From Octopus sinensis (taxonomy: Eukaryota): DNA of 64,000 nt. Below the pieces are notes generated by a model that ran no database searches, had not been told where the DNA came from, and was given only the letters and a program-made list of their open reading frames with translations. This document shows, piece after piece, positions 39,912 through 53,292 of this stretch (position 1 is its first letter; each line of letters starts with the position of its first letter). The stretch spans positions 27,652,001-27,716,000 of the forward strand of contig NC_043017.1 in assembly GCF_006345805.1 (NCBI RefSeq), read 5' to 3'. A program made the translations under genes and the position numbers.

Positions 39912-41584
39912 ATATATTTCCCAATGTTAATTCGTTGTTCTCCAAGAAACAAGCAGAAACATGCAGTTTGATGGAACATAACCAGATAAAAGCCAGTGAA
40001 ATAACTGTTTCACTTCTCCTAAAATTATCCAGCACTGTTAAGCTTTACAATGCCTTTCTCTCGCTGCTTCAGCTGTGTTGCGGTTTTGTGGGTTTAGTTA
40101 TTGTTCGCGTTTAACCCCAGGTCAGCACTGCTCAAACAGATCTATGACAAAATTGCATTCCATTAATGATCAATTGCGTCAATTTTAGTATTCTTTTAGA
40201 TACAGTGTATCTAGTATCATATTCTCTTATGCATCGTCTATTGTTTTATTTTTTCCAAGAATGTAAGAATGATTTCAGTGAGATTGAGATTTACCAGCTA
40301 TTTCTATCAAGCAAAACAATTACTTGGAGGTTACTTTTTCTCTCATGGGTATAGCGGCTGTTGATTTCGTTGTTGTTAGTTTAGTTTTCTTTTCAATTTA
40401 TAATCTCTTTTATTTCCCTCGATCGTTGATCTTTTTTCCTTTGATACCCGTATTTAAAATATTCCCTAAAGTGCTATTCCTAATGTTTCAGATCGTCAAT
40501 AACAAAGGATAAAATATTCCCGTAGGGAAACTTAACTCTGTTGATATTTTAAGGGCTGAATTTTAATGGCCCAATATCAAAGTAACTCGACACATCTGTG
40601 TGTATGTATACATGTGCATGTATCTGTATCTAGGTATATGCGCGAATTTATGTATATGAGTGTGTTTTTGTGAACCTATGTATGCGTGTGATTGAATTGT
40701 ATATGAATGTGTACCTTTGTATATGTGCATATGTGGGAATCTATGTATTTGTTTGTACGTGTAGTTTGAATTGTGAGCGATAACGTTCAATTAAATAATT
40801 CTTACTCAAACAAAGCAAATATCTTTTATCGGACATCAAATGCGCTTTAATTCAAAGCAACAATTTTTTCATTTGATTCTAATTTGAATTTTCTTAAATA
40901 AAATGTTTAAAGTTCATGCCTAGGAAACGAAAGAAGTTTAAATGTATTATAAAGTGTTCGGGAATGAAGGAATGAAAGAATTCAAGAAGCAATTGAGAAC
41001 TCGATTACTAAATGCCCAATAAAATATTTAATGAACATATAATTTTTTTGTATGTGGTGGAAGGAGGGTTCCTAAATCTCCACCATTGTAAAAGGCATTG
41101 ACCTATGTAATAAAAGGTAAATCAACCTCACCATAAGTGATTTTGTGGGTCCTTTTTTTTACCGCTTGATTATTTACTGAAGCGATGAAATTCAGCAGTA
41201 CAAGAATTCAGTTGTACGCTCGAAGGAAACAGAGTGAAAGTCGGGGAATTTTTGGATAAACTTCTTGATGCGTGCGGGATCGAATCTAGTCTGAAATCAC
41301 ATCTTTGTCAATTTTAAAATTAGCATCATACACTATTTCTGACCACTACTTTGTAGCTATCAATTAAATATGTCTGGGTAAGTAGCTGTTTAGGCATGTA
41401 ATATATGTATGTGTTTGTCTCTGTCATACCAGATAAGCCACCCATACCTGGATACAACTCACTCAACAAGAACTTGACTTAAACAGGATTTAGATAATCC
41501 TATCAGTTGGTGCTATTAAGTTAGACATGGCCCGGACCAATCTTTGGTAGAAACATATCTAAGTTTATCTATACATATATATCT

Positions 41585-41707
41585 ACCCAATCCACTCACA
41601 AGGGACTATAGTAGAAGACATTTGCCAACATGCCTTGTTGTGGGGCTGTGACTGGAACCATTTTGGAGGGAAGCAATCTCCTTACCACACATTCACTGCT
41701 GCACCTA
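41585..41707 (-). mobile_element. Partial family A SINE head
   Basis: aatccactcacaagg..ctatagtagaagacatttgcc...ttaccacac. Confidence 0.7.
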
Positions 41708-41743
41708 TGTGTGTGGTGTATGTGTATATATATATATGTGTGA

Positions 41744-41782
<39 letters not shown>

Positions 41783-42328
41783 GGTGCCCCAGCATGGCCA
41801 CAGCTCATAAGCTGAAACTAGAATCAATCAATCATATATATATATAATCAAAATAAACAACAAGAATAACTCCGGTAATTTGGTACGATCGTTTCGCACT
41901 ACATCATTTTATTAAATGTTGTAAGTGTTACAATAGTTTTAATATGCTGAGCACTCATCACCCATTAATAGAGGTTTTCCATTAATACGTAATTTTCGTA
42001 TCAACTGGTAACATTATAGAGAAGGTAGATATATAGACAAAGATGTGGATTTAAATTTTAAGAATATTTGAGGTAGTGGAGCTTATCAACTGACTGACTA
42101 AAATTCAGTTGCTCCAAACTACTGTAAGGTTCTGACAGAAAAGGACAAATGAAAGGAGACAACAAAGATTTTCTATTTTCCCCAGTTAATAAGTTATGCC
42201 CACGCATAACAAGTGATAGACCCTCCTCCAAATTGAACACATTTTAGATCTATACTTTTTCCTCCAATCCAACGTGTCAAAGCACTCGGAACCCATAGGC
42301 CGACTGCTGTGTTAATGTGCATTTATAT

Positions 42329-42724
42329 GCACATTAACGACGACATTAACGTCGGTAACGACGATGAGGGTTCCGGTTGATCCGAATCAACGGAACAGCC
42401 TGCTCGTGAAATTAACGTGTAAGTGGCTGAGCACTCCACAGACACGTGTACCCTTAACGTAGTTCTCGGGGATATTCAGCGTGACACAGAGAGTGACAAG
42501 GCCGGCCCTTTGAAATACAGGTACAACAGAAACAGGAAGTAAGAGTGAGAGAAAGTTGTGGTGAAAGAGTACAGCAGGGATCACCAACATCCCCTGCCGG
42601 AGCCTCGTGGAGCTTTTAGGTGTTTTCGCTCAATAAACACTCACAACGCCAGGTCTGGGAATCGAAACCGCGATCCTATGACCGCGAGTCCGCTGCCCTA
42701 ACCACTGGGCCATTGCGCCTCCAC
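42329..42724 (-). mobile_element. tRNA-derived SINE, head-1 + body-1 + tail-1
   Basis: Minus-strand head gtggaggcgcaatggcccagtggttagggcagcggactcgcgg...tttcgattccc; TSD GTGCATTTATAT at 42317-42328 and 42725-42736. Confidence 0.92.
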
Positions 42725-43812
42725 GTGCATTTATATAACACAAAAAGTACTGATGCATACATTATAAGGTATTCCTTGGCATTCGAACGAGGATATGATT
42801 GTTCGCATCTGAGAATATTTCAACCCTAATGACACTGTGTGATAAGAAAGAAAACTAATATATATGAGTGTGGAGGGGATTTCTGTGTGTATTTGGGGGG
42901 TAATTTGTATGTGTATGTATATGCGTCTCCGTGTTTTTTGTGTGTTTCAGTGTCTGCGTATATGTAAGATTATACAAGCGCACACATGCGTACATGTATG
43001 CAAATATGCATACATACACGTTTCTTACATTTCTCATGCATAATATTAACCTATTTTATTTTTTTTTTTACACATTTCTATATTCTGTATTCTTCGGAAG
43101 CATTTCTTTGTTTTCCTCTCAAATTCTTTCTGGCAGCACACATTATTGTACTTCTCGTCATACTGGGTCCGAATATTCTACCGTTCCTTATAAATCTACA
43201 TACTGTTCTAATTCAATTTTATTCTACTGCATTATTTTGCAGATCACATTAGTTTTAATTTGCTTATTAGTTTTTTTTTTTACCTTTGTTGTTTTATTCA
43301 CTGAATACTTTAAAATTACATACTATTCTCTACAAATCCCATTTTCTTTTATATATATTGATATATTTGTTTTTAGAGACTCCGTTTCTGTTCCGGTCTA
43401 TACTATATTTGATAAACTGTATTGTCCGCTTCATATTAAATTGCGTTATATTATATTGTATTATATAATATAATGTATTATTCGTATAACTAATATTAGA
43501 TTATATCTATGTTATTGTCTAATACCATACCTCTACTCTGTAATCTATCCATGGCTGGAGTGTAATGTATTGCTTTCGCAGTGTCCTTTCTGTTTTGCGT
43601 TTTTTTAAATATTTCTACTATGTTTAGTTGTGTTATGTTAATGAGTAACAGAACACAGACTGTCTACTCCGAAAGTATACTCCGATGGAGATATTAATAA
43701 CGATTTATGTAGTTACTTAACTTTAGTCACAAACTATTCCAATCCAAATAATAGTATATTTACTTAGTATTCAGTTAGAAATAGTTGCGCGTTCTGCCAT
43801 GAACCAGAGGCA

Positions 43813-43844
<32 letters not shown>

Positions 43845-45024
43845 GCTATAGGTATGTACTTTTATAAAATATAACAAGGAAAATACGCAAAGTTTTATGG
43901 TGGATAAAAAAGAATAAAGAAATATATATATATATATTTCTGAAATAGAATATTTTCGTAGTCGACTGGTTTCTATGTAGTTAGTACTAAAATTATTGTT
44001 GCGTGCTACCATAAGTTTTCAGTCCATGTCAGTAGAACATCTATTTTGTAAATGAAATAGAAGGTAAATATAAGTCAGAAGAGGTAATATTTTTTCATAA
44101 AGTGCGTTACTTCGTTTAACTAACGAATATCAAGTCTCTTGGCGCGGTTTATCCGGTCATTTATTAGTGAACGAGGACGTCTCTCGACTAGTATGTTTTT
44201 AAGTTCATGAATTCGTATGCCTCAGAAAATTTTGTTTGATAATATTATGCATATCCTTTCCGCAAAATTTATAAGGATTTTAATGTATCTCGGGTGGCAT
44301 GGGCTAATACTAGGTATTGAAACGAATCTCTGGATTTACAATATATGTCGGGGTTTTCATGCCCAATCTGTACTGGTGTTTCTTATTTGTACCTTAAAAA
44401 TCAAGGCCGTACTTACAAATAGAATTTGAAATTTAGTATTATGCAGATCCCCAAATATCTATGGCTTATTCTTGGAACTTCTATCAGATGAGAATATATT
44501 GTTATTCCGTTTTAAGGAAGATGTTCATTGCGAACATTTCTGTAGATAGAAATAACAGCCAAATTTTCCTCAGATTCTGGCCATTCGTCTCAAAAATATC
44601 TAGGACTCCACAGGAAATACGAAAAAATTTCCTCGATGTATTGTGTGTGGAGCAAAAAAGTACAGGATGATAATTGTTGAAATCACCATAATATACTTGT
44701 TGGATCTTATTGCCGATGAAGGCAAGTAGAAACGACAAATGTGTATACCTTCACACACACAAATATGTATAAACAAAATAAATAACATCAATTCAACCAA
44801 AGTCAATGATACATGTATTTGAGTAATGTATGGATTAGAGTAATGCATTTAAGCATCGATGCAACTCGGATACTTTTAATAACAGGAGATATGAAAGGTG
44901 TAATTAATGTGAAACAAAGCAGAAAAACAATCTTCAAATTCGTCTGTGGGGAATAAACAGCTTCTATAGTTTTTTTTTCCGGAATACAACTTCATATATA
45001 TCTACACATATAAACATACATATT

Positions 45025-45059
<35 letters not shown>

Positions 45060-45619
45060 TTGTTATAATGTATGTAAGTATATATGTGATGATCACGTTT
45101 ATGATGTGAACGATAATCACTCTCTATATACATTTTATGCTTATCTTGATAAATAAGAACAAATTAGAACTCTCTTTAACTACCGCGCATGTGTTTTAGT
45201 CTCTAATGAATATATTTTCAAAGATTAATCTTTATTTAGGAATTAGTTTTGCGAACATTGCTTCTAGCTGGTTTATATCAAAGCCGGCGTGAAGGGAGTG
45301 CCGAGTCGAGATTTGTCCGCAGGTGTAATTTTAATGCAGCCTGAAGTTCGAATTTATTATGCTTGAGAATTTAAGGAAAGTACCCAAGAGTGTCTTTGCT
45401 TCTGGGCGTTGCCAACATTTGCTACGACACCGAAGCATATACTGTTACTACTACTGCTCTTTGGTGTTATTGCTGTTGGTGATTCTTTTAATGTGAGGAG
45501 AATAATTATCAAAAGTCTTTTAGAATATTCTCTTCAAATACTTTTCCAGTCCCTCTTTAACTCAAGTCGCTAAATGCTGACTCCTTTGCATAAATCTACG
45601 TTGCGATTACGGAAGACAT

Positions 45620-45926
45620 CTTTTTTGTTCCTTCTCGAGTCATGCCTGGCTCATAAGGGCTGGTTTTCCGGTTTATTTGGCGTATAGGTTCCCCACCTGG
45701 ACGCGACACCAGTCCGTCGCAGGTGAGCTGCAACATGCAGAAGGAAAGAGTGAAAGGAATTTGTGGCGAAAGAGTCAGCAGAAGTTCGCCATTACCTTCT
45801 GCCGGAGCGGCATGGAGCTTAGGTGTTTCGCTCATAAACAAACACATCGCCCGGTCTGAGATTCGAACCCGCGATCCCTCGACCGCGAGTCCGCTGCTCT
45901 AACCGCGAGGCCATGTGCCTCCACTA
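45620..45926 (-). mobile_element. tRNA-derived SINE, head-1 + body-1 + tail-2
   Basis: Minus-strand head gtggaggcacatggcctcgcggttagagcagcggactcgcgg...gttcgaatc; TSD ATTACGGAAGACAT at 45606-45619 and 45927-45940. Confidence 0.92.
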
Positions 45927-46703
45927 ATTACGGAAGACATGACAATCAAACACACGTATTTCTGGGCGGTCTATTTTCTAATTGTGTATTTTTGTTTGAA
46001 GATTTCTTTTACATATATTTAACATAACGGTTCTTGAACCGCAGAGTCATCGATGGGAACGCTAATTCGTCTATCGACCTGTTACATTTAACGATCAACT
46101 CTTCCTTATATAAAATTCCTCGGCTTCGGAAAGGACACAGCGGACATTATTTGGTGCCATGTTTCTTGCATATAAGACAATGACATGCTGCCCACAGCTG
46201 AAACGCTTTTCATTAAACTTTTATTCCATGAAGGTCCGACCTGAGACTAAACAAGAACAACACAATTATTAACTTCCCTTCTTTACGCGTTGAATAATAA
46301 TGCAATTGTCAGCTACGTCTCACTCATCGTAAGAATAACAAAGAAAATATTATTTCATTCTTTGATGCCTATTTCAGGCTTTTGTAATCATTTCACACGG
46401 ATATATTTAACTCTTGTTCCAAACACGCGTACAAGTGGTAACTAGCTTACTATTTCATAGGATTTAGCGGTGAATTTGTAAAATAATCAGTGCTGACAAA
46501 ATGCATTGCATCTTTTCTTCCAGTGTTTATGTCCCAATTCAAAGCCGGCTTCGGTAATATTTGTCTTTTATCCACCTTATATCAATTTATTATCGATCCT
46601 CGGTGATAGCTTATCTGAATAAATTGTGGGTCCGACTTAAAGAACATCAGTGTTTGATTTGCCAATTTATGTTGTGCCAAAAGATTTTTCACTTATTGCA
46701 AAA

Positions 46704-46847
46704 ATGCCTGTCTCATAAGGGCCGGTTTTGCGGTTTCTTTGGTGTATAGGTTCCCCACATGGACGGGACGCCGGTCCGTCGCAGGTGAGCTGCAAGATGC
46801 AGGAGGAAAGAGTGAGTGAAAGTTGTGGTTAAAGAGTCAGCAGAAAC
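46704..46847 (-). mobile_element. 5'-truncated copy of the body-1 + tail-2 SINE
   Basis: Matches 45640-45785. Confidence 0.85.
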
Positions 46848-47342
46848 TGGACATCTTTGCGTAAAGAGAGGAAATTTCATAATTGGAGAACAACTTGTGT
46901 TAATTTTTCATATACGAAATACTGACTTAGTATAGCATTTCATAGAGGTTATTTCCTGTTGCATACGTATTATTATGACTGACTTCAGAGGTTTTATATG
47001 CGTTCATATAAGCTAAAAAAAAATTCTGAATTATCTCATATAAAATAACCGCATTTTTGCAATTAGTGATAAATCTTATTGCTTTTAAATATATATATAT
47101 TTAAATACCTCCATCAATTCAAGCTCAATAGATAATTACCTGGCATACACTCCGCACCACCGAAGAATTTAAAAACTAATTTCTTTATATAGAAATGCAC
47201 ATGTTTTACACTTGACCGGATGATTCACTGAACATGTCAGTCTTTTCAAGCACCTGCTTATCTGTCTGTCTGTGTGTCTATCTATCTATCTATCTGTCAT
47301 CTATATATCTATCTACCTATCTATCTATCTACCTATCTATCT

Positions 47343-47466
47343 GATCCCTTTTGATCGAAACTCCCCCTTCCTTTTTCTTTTTTTTTTTTTTTAAACCTTC
47401 AAAAGAAAAGCTCTACCTTGTAATTTGTTCTATCTGTGTGCAGCCCTGTGTGGCTAATAAAGAAAC
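47343..47466 (+). mobile_element. Retroelement 3'-end fragment ending cagccctgtgtggctaataaagaaa
   Basis: Second copy on the minus strand at 62581-62692; AATAAA; similar to the family B SINE tail. Confidence 0.7.
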
Positions 47467-48231
47467 ATATCTATCTACCTATCTATCTATCTACCTATTT
47501 ATCTACCTATTTATCTACCTATTTATCTACCTATTTATCTACCTATTTATCTACCTATTTATCTACCTATCTATCTACCTACCTATCTATCTACCTACCT
47601 ATCTATCTACCTACCTATCTATCTACCTACCTATCTATCTACCTACCTATCTATCTACCTACCTATCTATCTACCTACCTATCTATCTACCTACCTATCT
47701 ATCTAGCTACCTATCTATACCTATCTATCTACCTACCTACCTATCTATCTACCTACCTATCTATCTACCTACCTATCTATCTACCTACCTATCTATCTAG
47801 CTACCTATCTATACCTATCTATCTATCTACCTATCTATCTATCTACCTATCTATCTATCTACCTATCTATCTATCTACCTATCTATCTATCTACCTATCT
47901 ATCTATCTACCTATCTATCTATCTACCTATCTATCTATCTACCTATCTATCTATCTACCTATCTATCTATCTACCTATCTACCTATCTACCTACCTACCT
48001 ATCTACCTACCTATCTATCTACCTACCTACCTATCTATCTACCTATCTATCTACCTACCTATCTATCTACCTACCTTTCTATCTACCTACCTATCTATCT
48101 ACCTACCTATCTATCCACCTACCTATCTATCTACCTACCTTTCTATCTACCTACCTATCTATCTATCTACCTATCTATCTACCTATCTATCTACCTATCT
48201 ATCTACCTATCTATCTATCTATCTATCTATC
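47467..48231. repeat. (TATC)/(TACC)/(TTTATCTACC) tetranucleotide microsatellite
   Basis: Direct reading; explains the TYLSIYLP ORFs. Confidence 0.97.
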
Positions 48232-48869
48232 TAAGAGCCGATCGATCGATCGATCAGTCAATCTATCTATATACATGCAACCCACTATTTCTCTTTTGCT
48301 CTCGCTGTCTTCCTTCTTCTAGCATACTCTCTCTCCTTCTCTCTCTCTCACTCGCTGCGTGTATATCTAGTGAGAAAAACAGATAGGGAAAGAGAGAGAA
48401 TGTGTATATTTCTATACGAGTATATGAATATATATGATTGTCCTGACAGATACGTGTATACACGCAAATCTGCCTAAATATCTATCTGTATTTTTATATC
48501 TGTATGTGTTCAACTGCTTGCATTACGAGTGCGCTACAGTGTAAGTGTATATGCATATGTGTGTGTGTGTGTATGTGTGTATAAATGCGTGTGAGTCAGT
48601 GTGAATAATTTCGGGTTTCGGGTTTTGACAATCGATCGATAGTCTTCCATCTGGCGTATTTTGCTGCAGTAGTAACGGTACAGAATCAAAGAGGAGGAAA
48701 CGAAAATCGATGACGTATAAATTTTCAAATCCAGACATTTACCCTTTATTCATTCATTCATGTATTCTCTCATTCTGTCAATCCGTTTTCTTCATTCATA
48801 ACCACCATATCCATTTACTAATGTTTCAATCTCTGTGAAAATGAGTAGAACCGAGACACACAGACATAT

Positions 48870-49679
48870 AACTTTATGTATATATATGTGTATATATATT
48901 ATATATGCATGTGTATATGTATGTATATATATATGTATGTGTATATGTATATGTATGTGTATATGTATATATATGTGTATATGTATATATATGTGTATAT
49001 ATATGTATATATATGTGTATGTATATATTTGCGTGTATGTGTATGTATATATGTGTGTATATATATGTATATATATATGTGTGTGTGTGTGTATATATGT
49101 GTGTGTGTATATATGTATATATGTGTGTGTATATATGTGTGTGTATATATATATGTGTATATATGTGTGTGTATATATATATGTATATATATATGTGTGT
49201 ATATATATGTATATATATGGGTGTATATATGTGTGTGTATATATATGTATATATATATATGTATATTTATTTATATGTATATTTATTTATATGTATATAT
49301 ATGTATGTATATATATGTATATATATGTATGTATATATATATATGTATGTATATATATATATGTGTGTATATATATATGTGTGTATATATATATATGTGT
49401 ATATATATATATATGTGTGTATATATATATGTATGTGTATATATATAGTATGTGTATATATATATGTATATGTATATGTATGTATGTATATATGTATGTG
49501 TATATATATATGTATATGTAGTGTATATATATATGTTATATATATGTGTATATATATTGTATATGTATGTATGTATTATATATATGTATATATATATATA
49601 TGTATGTATATATATATATGTATGTATGTATATTATATAATATGCATATATATGTATGTATGTATATATGCATATATAT

Positions 49680-49715
<36 letters not shown>

Positions 49716-49730
49716 GTAATATATACTACA
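48870..49730. repeat. TA/TG microsatellite block
   Basis: Direct reading. Confidence 0.97.
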
Positions 49731-51218
49731 AATATATTACAGCTGTTTTAGTATGACTAATGCCACCCTTGATCTAGCTCTAGTAACTAAAAGGCCTTTT
49801 GAAATGTGAATAAGTTAAGAATTATGCAGATGAATGTATGTGATATGCATACCATGTTGTGTTTCACTAAATATGCATACACGGATGCACACACATACAA
49901 TCATAGAAATACATATGCACATACATACACATCTACAAGTATCTTTTTTTCTTATATGTGTGTTGTGTGTTTTTGCGTGTGTATGTATACATCTAAACAT
50001 ACCTATATACATACATACATACACAACACTCATAGTGGCACTTTGTGCGATATGCTGATATCAAGAGACAGCCAACATCTTCACTGTTTTACTGACCACA
50101 CCCTCACACATACATACATACATACATACATACATACACAGACACATCACCCACTCATCTATTGATGTTGTTATCACATCTATTAATATTGCTATTTTAC
50201 CATGCACATAAAAATGCCTGCTCTAGCTGAATATTGAAATTAATGCTGGGGGAGAATTTCGCTGTTTTGGGGTATCGACAAAAATCAACTGAGCTGTCGT
50301 TACCAAAAGACCATCGAGATTCAAACCATATGTTTGAATTCCAGAAATGCATCTCTCGGCAATGCTACCCTACTGGATGCACTACCGATAAGATAAACAC
50401 ATTTACATGCACATATATGTGGGCCTCAAATGCTTGGAGGGTAGCAAAATAACGCTGAGCTCACTCAATGTCCTTGTAGATGTATGTCGTAAAATGTTTA
50501 CATCGGTGAGAAATACGGAGTGTATAAATCACAAATACAGACACTCCCTTACTCCGATCGGATAGGCATTAGGCTACTTTCTCTCTTGATTTTGAGGATA
50601 AACCTTGTAGGGTGGACACGACTTTTCAAGCAAGTTCGTATATTTAGCAAGGTACCAGTGGTAATATATATTTCTCACATTTCTCCACACTGATTGAAAT
50701 TTGTTTACTCTTGTAAATTTCTTGAAATTAAACAGATGCTTTCTCAGTGCACACTATTAGAAGGTTACAATGGTTGAGTACAACACAGCTGCGATTCAAT
50801 AGTTAACTGTAATTAAACTTGGTAATCAGGAAAATTCACGAGCTCTGATATACATTGAAATCTTTGAAAACGTCATAAATTCCTTTTTGCAAAATTACGT
50901 GAAACACCTTGTTTGAAAACTTTCAGGTATTTCAATGAGACAACAGATGTTATCCAATCAGCCCTAAATCAAGTTACCTAAGTTAACCCATCTGTGCTTC
51001 CTCTCGAACTTAATACATAGATATAAGTGCTTTCATATACTTATTTATATCTCTTACATTTCAATTACATCTAATTCCTTAGGTTTATCTATTTATGATA
51101 TAACGTTATTTACACATCTTTTAAATATGGTAGATTGCTGGATTCCCACACTCTTTTAGAACTCTTCATATGGATGCATTTTCTTTTATATGAATGTGCC
51201 TGTATTGCAAAGAAAGCA

Positions 51219-51254
<36 letters not shown>

Positions 51255-51261
51255 TCTATTT

Positions 51262-51468
51262 AAGGCGGCGAGCTGGCAGAATCATTAGCACGCTGGGCAA
51301 AATTCTTAGATATTTCACCCGTTGCTACCTTATAGGTTCAAATGCCGCCGAGGTCGACTTCGCCTTTGATCCTTTGAAGGTCTATAATTTAAGTACCAGT
51401 ATAACACTAGGGTCGATATAATCGACTAGACCCCCCCCCCTCGCCCGTCCTGTGCCTATAGTAGAAAG
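51262..51468 (+). mobile_element. SINE family B (alternative tail cc(n)...gtgcctatagtagaaag)
   Basis: Family B head and centre; follows a (TTA)n tract. Confidence 0.85.
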
Positions 51469-51499
51469 CGTTGTTTTAATTATTATCATTGTTATTCCT

Positions 51500-51731
51500 T
51501 CGTAACACAGCGTAGGTAAAAATGCATCGAAGTTTTTAGTCATCTATCAAGTCCCAACAATGACCTCAGACAAATAATACTTTCCTTAAGATGTGTGTTG
51601 CGCCCCAATAAGGCTACTTTTTGCAAGATACCAAAATTGCATGGGATTTCCAATATTGCATGGGATTGCCTTAGGAAGTCTTGAAGTTTGAATAGGATTG
51701 GGCCCAACGCTCCGATAACCACCGGTATCCC
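51500..51731 (-). mobile_element. R4/Dong-like (RLE) LINE 3'-end remnant
   Basis: Minus strand GIPVVIGALGPI...ILQKVALLG/ATHILRKVLFV* (one frameshift, stop at about 51566-51568) fits the VVIGALG...LQK..LLGTAHILRK C-terminal motif; next to a TAA/TGA microsatellite. Confidence 0.75.
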
Positions 51732-53292
51732 TTTTACATTATCATTATTATCATCGTTATTATTATTATCATTATTATTATTAGTATCATTATTATTATT
51801 ATTACTATTATTATTATTGATATTGTTATCTTTATTGTTGTTGTTGTTGTTAGTATTAGTATGGTCGCTTTTTGTGACAGAGCAGATGAATTAAAATAAA
51901 AAAATGACTCAGGTATGGTTTCAGATTTCCCCACCAGTCGGTTGTCAGTATGTAAAGCGAAGCTAATTCTGCTACCTTACTGAGTCAAGGTCCTATGTCT
52001 AAATTTATCCACTGATTCCGCTACGTACAACGAGGTGACTGGTTTAATCTTACCTGTTGTCAAATCAATAGGTTATTGATTAATTAAGGTGAAATCATTT
52101 TCCTTAAAATAAGTTGCAGCTTTAGCATCGTTTTTTTTTGTTTAGTTTTGTTGTTGTTCAAATCTTAGTTATTTTTTTATTTCTCAGTTTCATATCTGTA
52201 CCACACTTGTCTGTCTTTAAGAAATTTACTTTGTTTCTCTCACTCTCAGTACTTCTAGCTATTTTTGATTTTCATTCGTGTATCATTCTTTCAGATATTC
52301 AAAAATAGCCCAAGATAATATGAAGGGTTGGAGTGCATCGATGAAGCGGAAAAGTCCCGCTACTAATATCTAGTCATGGTCCCTCCGTTTGTGAAAATAT
52401 ACTCCCTAGAAATATTAATCACATACTTGCCTACAGTATTTTTAAAATTTTAGAACAGCATTTATATAGTAGTGATTTTATTTGGAATTTAAGCTTGTGA
52501 ATCTACTGTTTTATTCAGACTTAGAATTCACTTTAATTCCATTCTTTACAACACATCCATCTCCCTTTCATATTTGCCATCTATAGCATTCTAATTAATT
52601 ATTTATATTGGTTTTCTGTTATATTCTCCTACGTGTAGCGTTGTTTCCGAGTACTATACCTATAACAGGTTTAGAGATGGAACCATATCACAGAAATAAT
52701 CGACAACTCTAACCACATTGTTATAAATACCAGTGCTAGCTTCAAATGGTTTTAAGTATACATCTGCGCACAAATATTTAGATAACCATTTTTGCATCAA
52801 AATAGAATTTCATATATATATAGCGCTGAATTCACACGAAACATATCAATATTTATTCATTTAATTAAATATTCCTGAGCCCCTGTGGTTAATAGAAAAC
52901 AAATTATTAAGTTTAATATTTATCGACTTCTAAATGGTGAAAGTGAAATTTGACTTCGTCAGCATTTGAACATTAAGCGTAACGACTCGGAACTAATACT
53001 GACTGGTACTCTACCCGACGCTCCACTACCACTACCACCACGTAATTTGTACATTTATGTGTAAAGTATTGTTTTGTGGCTTTTTTTTTTTACCATTTTA
53101 ACCAATAAATCGTTTGTCACGCGCTCGCTCCCACCCAGTAAACATCAATTTAGAGTAATTAATTAGCAGCTCACTAATGAAGCCAGTTATCATGGGAGTG
53201 TACTGATAGCTTCATATTTTATTCGTCGCTCATAATTCATAGTTTGTAAGAAAGTACACTTTCTGTTTAAATCACGTATATACTACAAACGT

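Noticed and set aside
42067-42088. let-7-like start tgaggtagt (and a miR-10-like atccgaatttgt at about 28184)
   Set aside because: Only partial matches, with no hairpin context.
44711-44740. ccgatgaaggc...gaaacgac hammerhead-like string
   Set aside because: The core and stems are too degenerate to distinguish from chance.
38381-45926. tRNA genes
   Set aside because: The tRNA-like segments are SINE heads that continue into SINE bodies with TSDs; no complete cloverleaf is evident.
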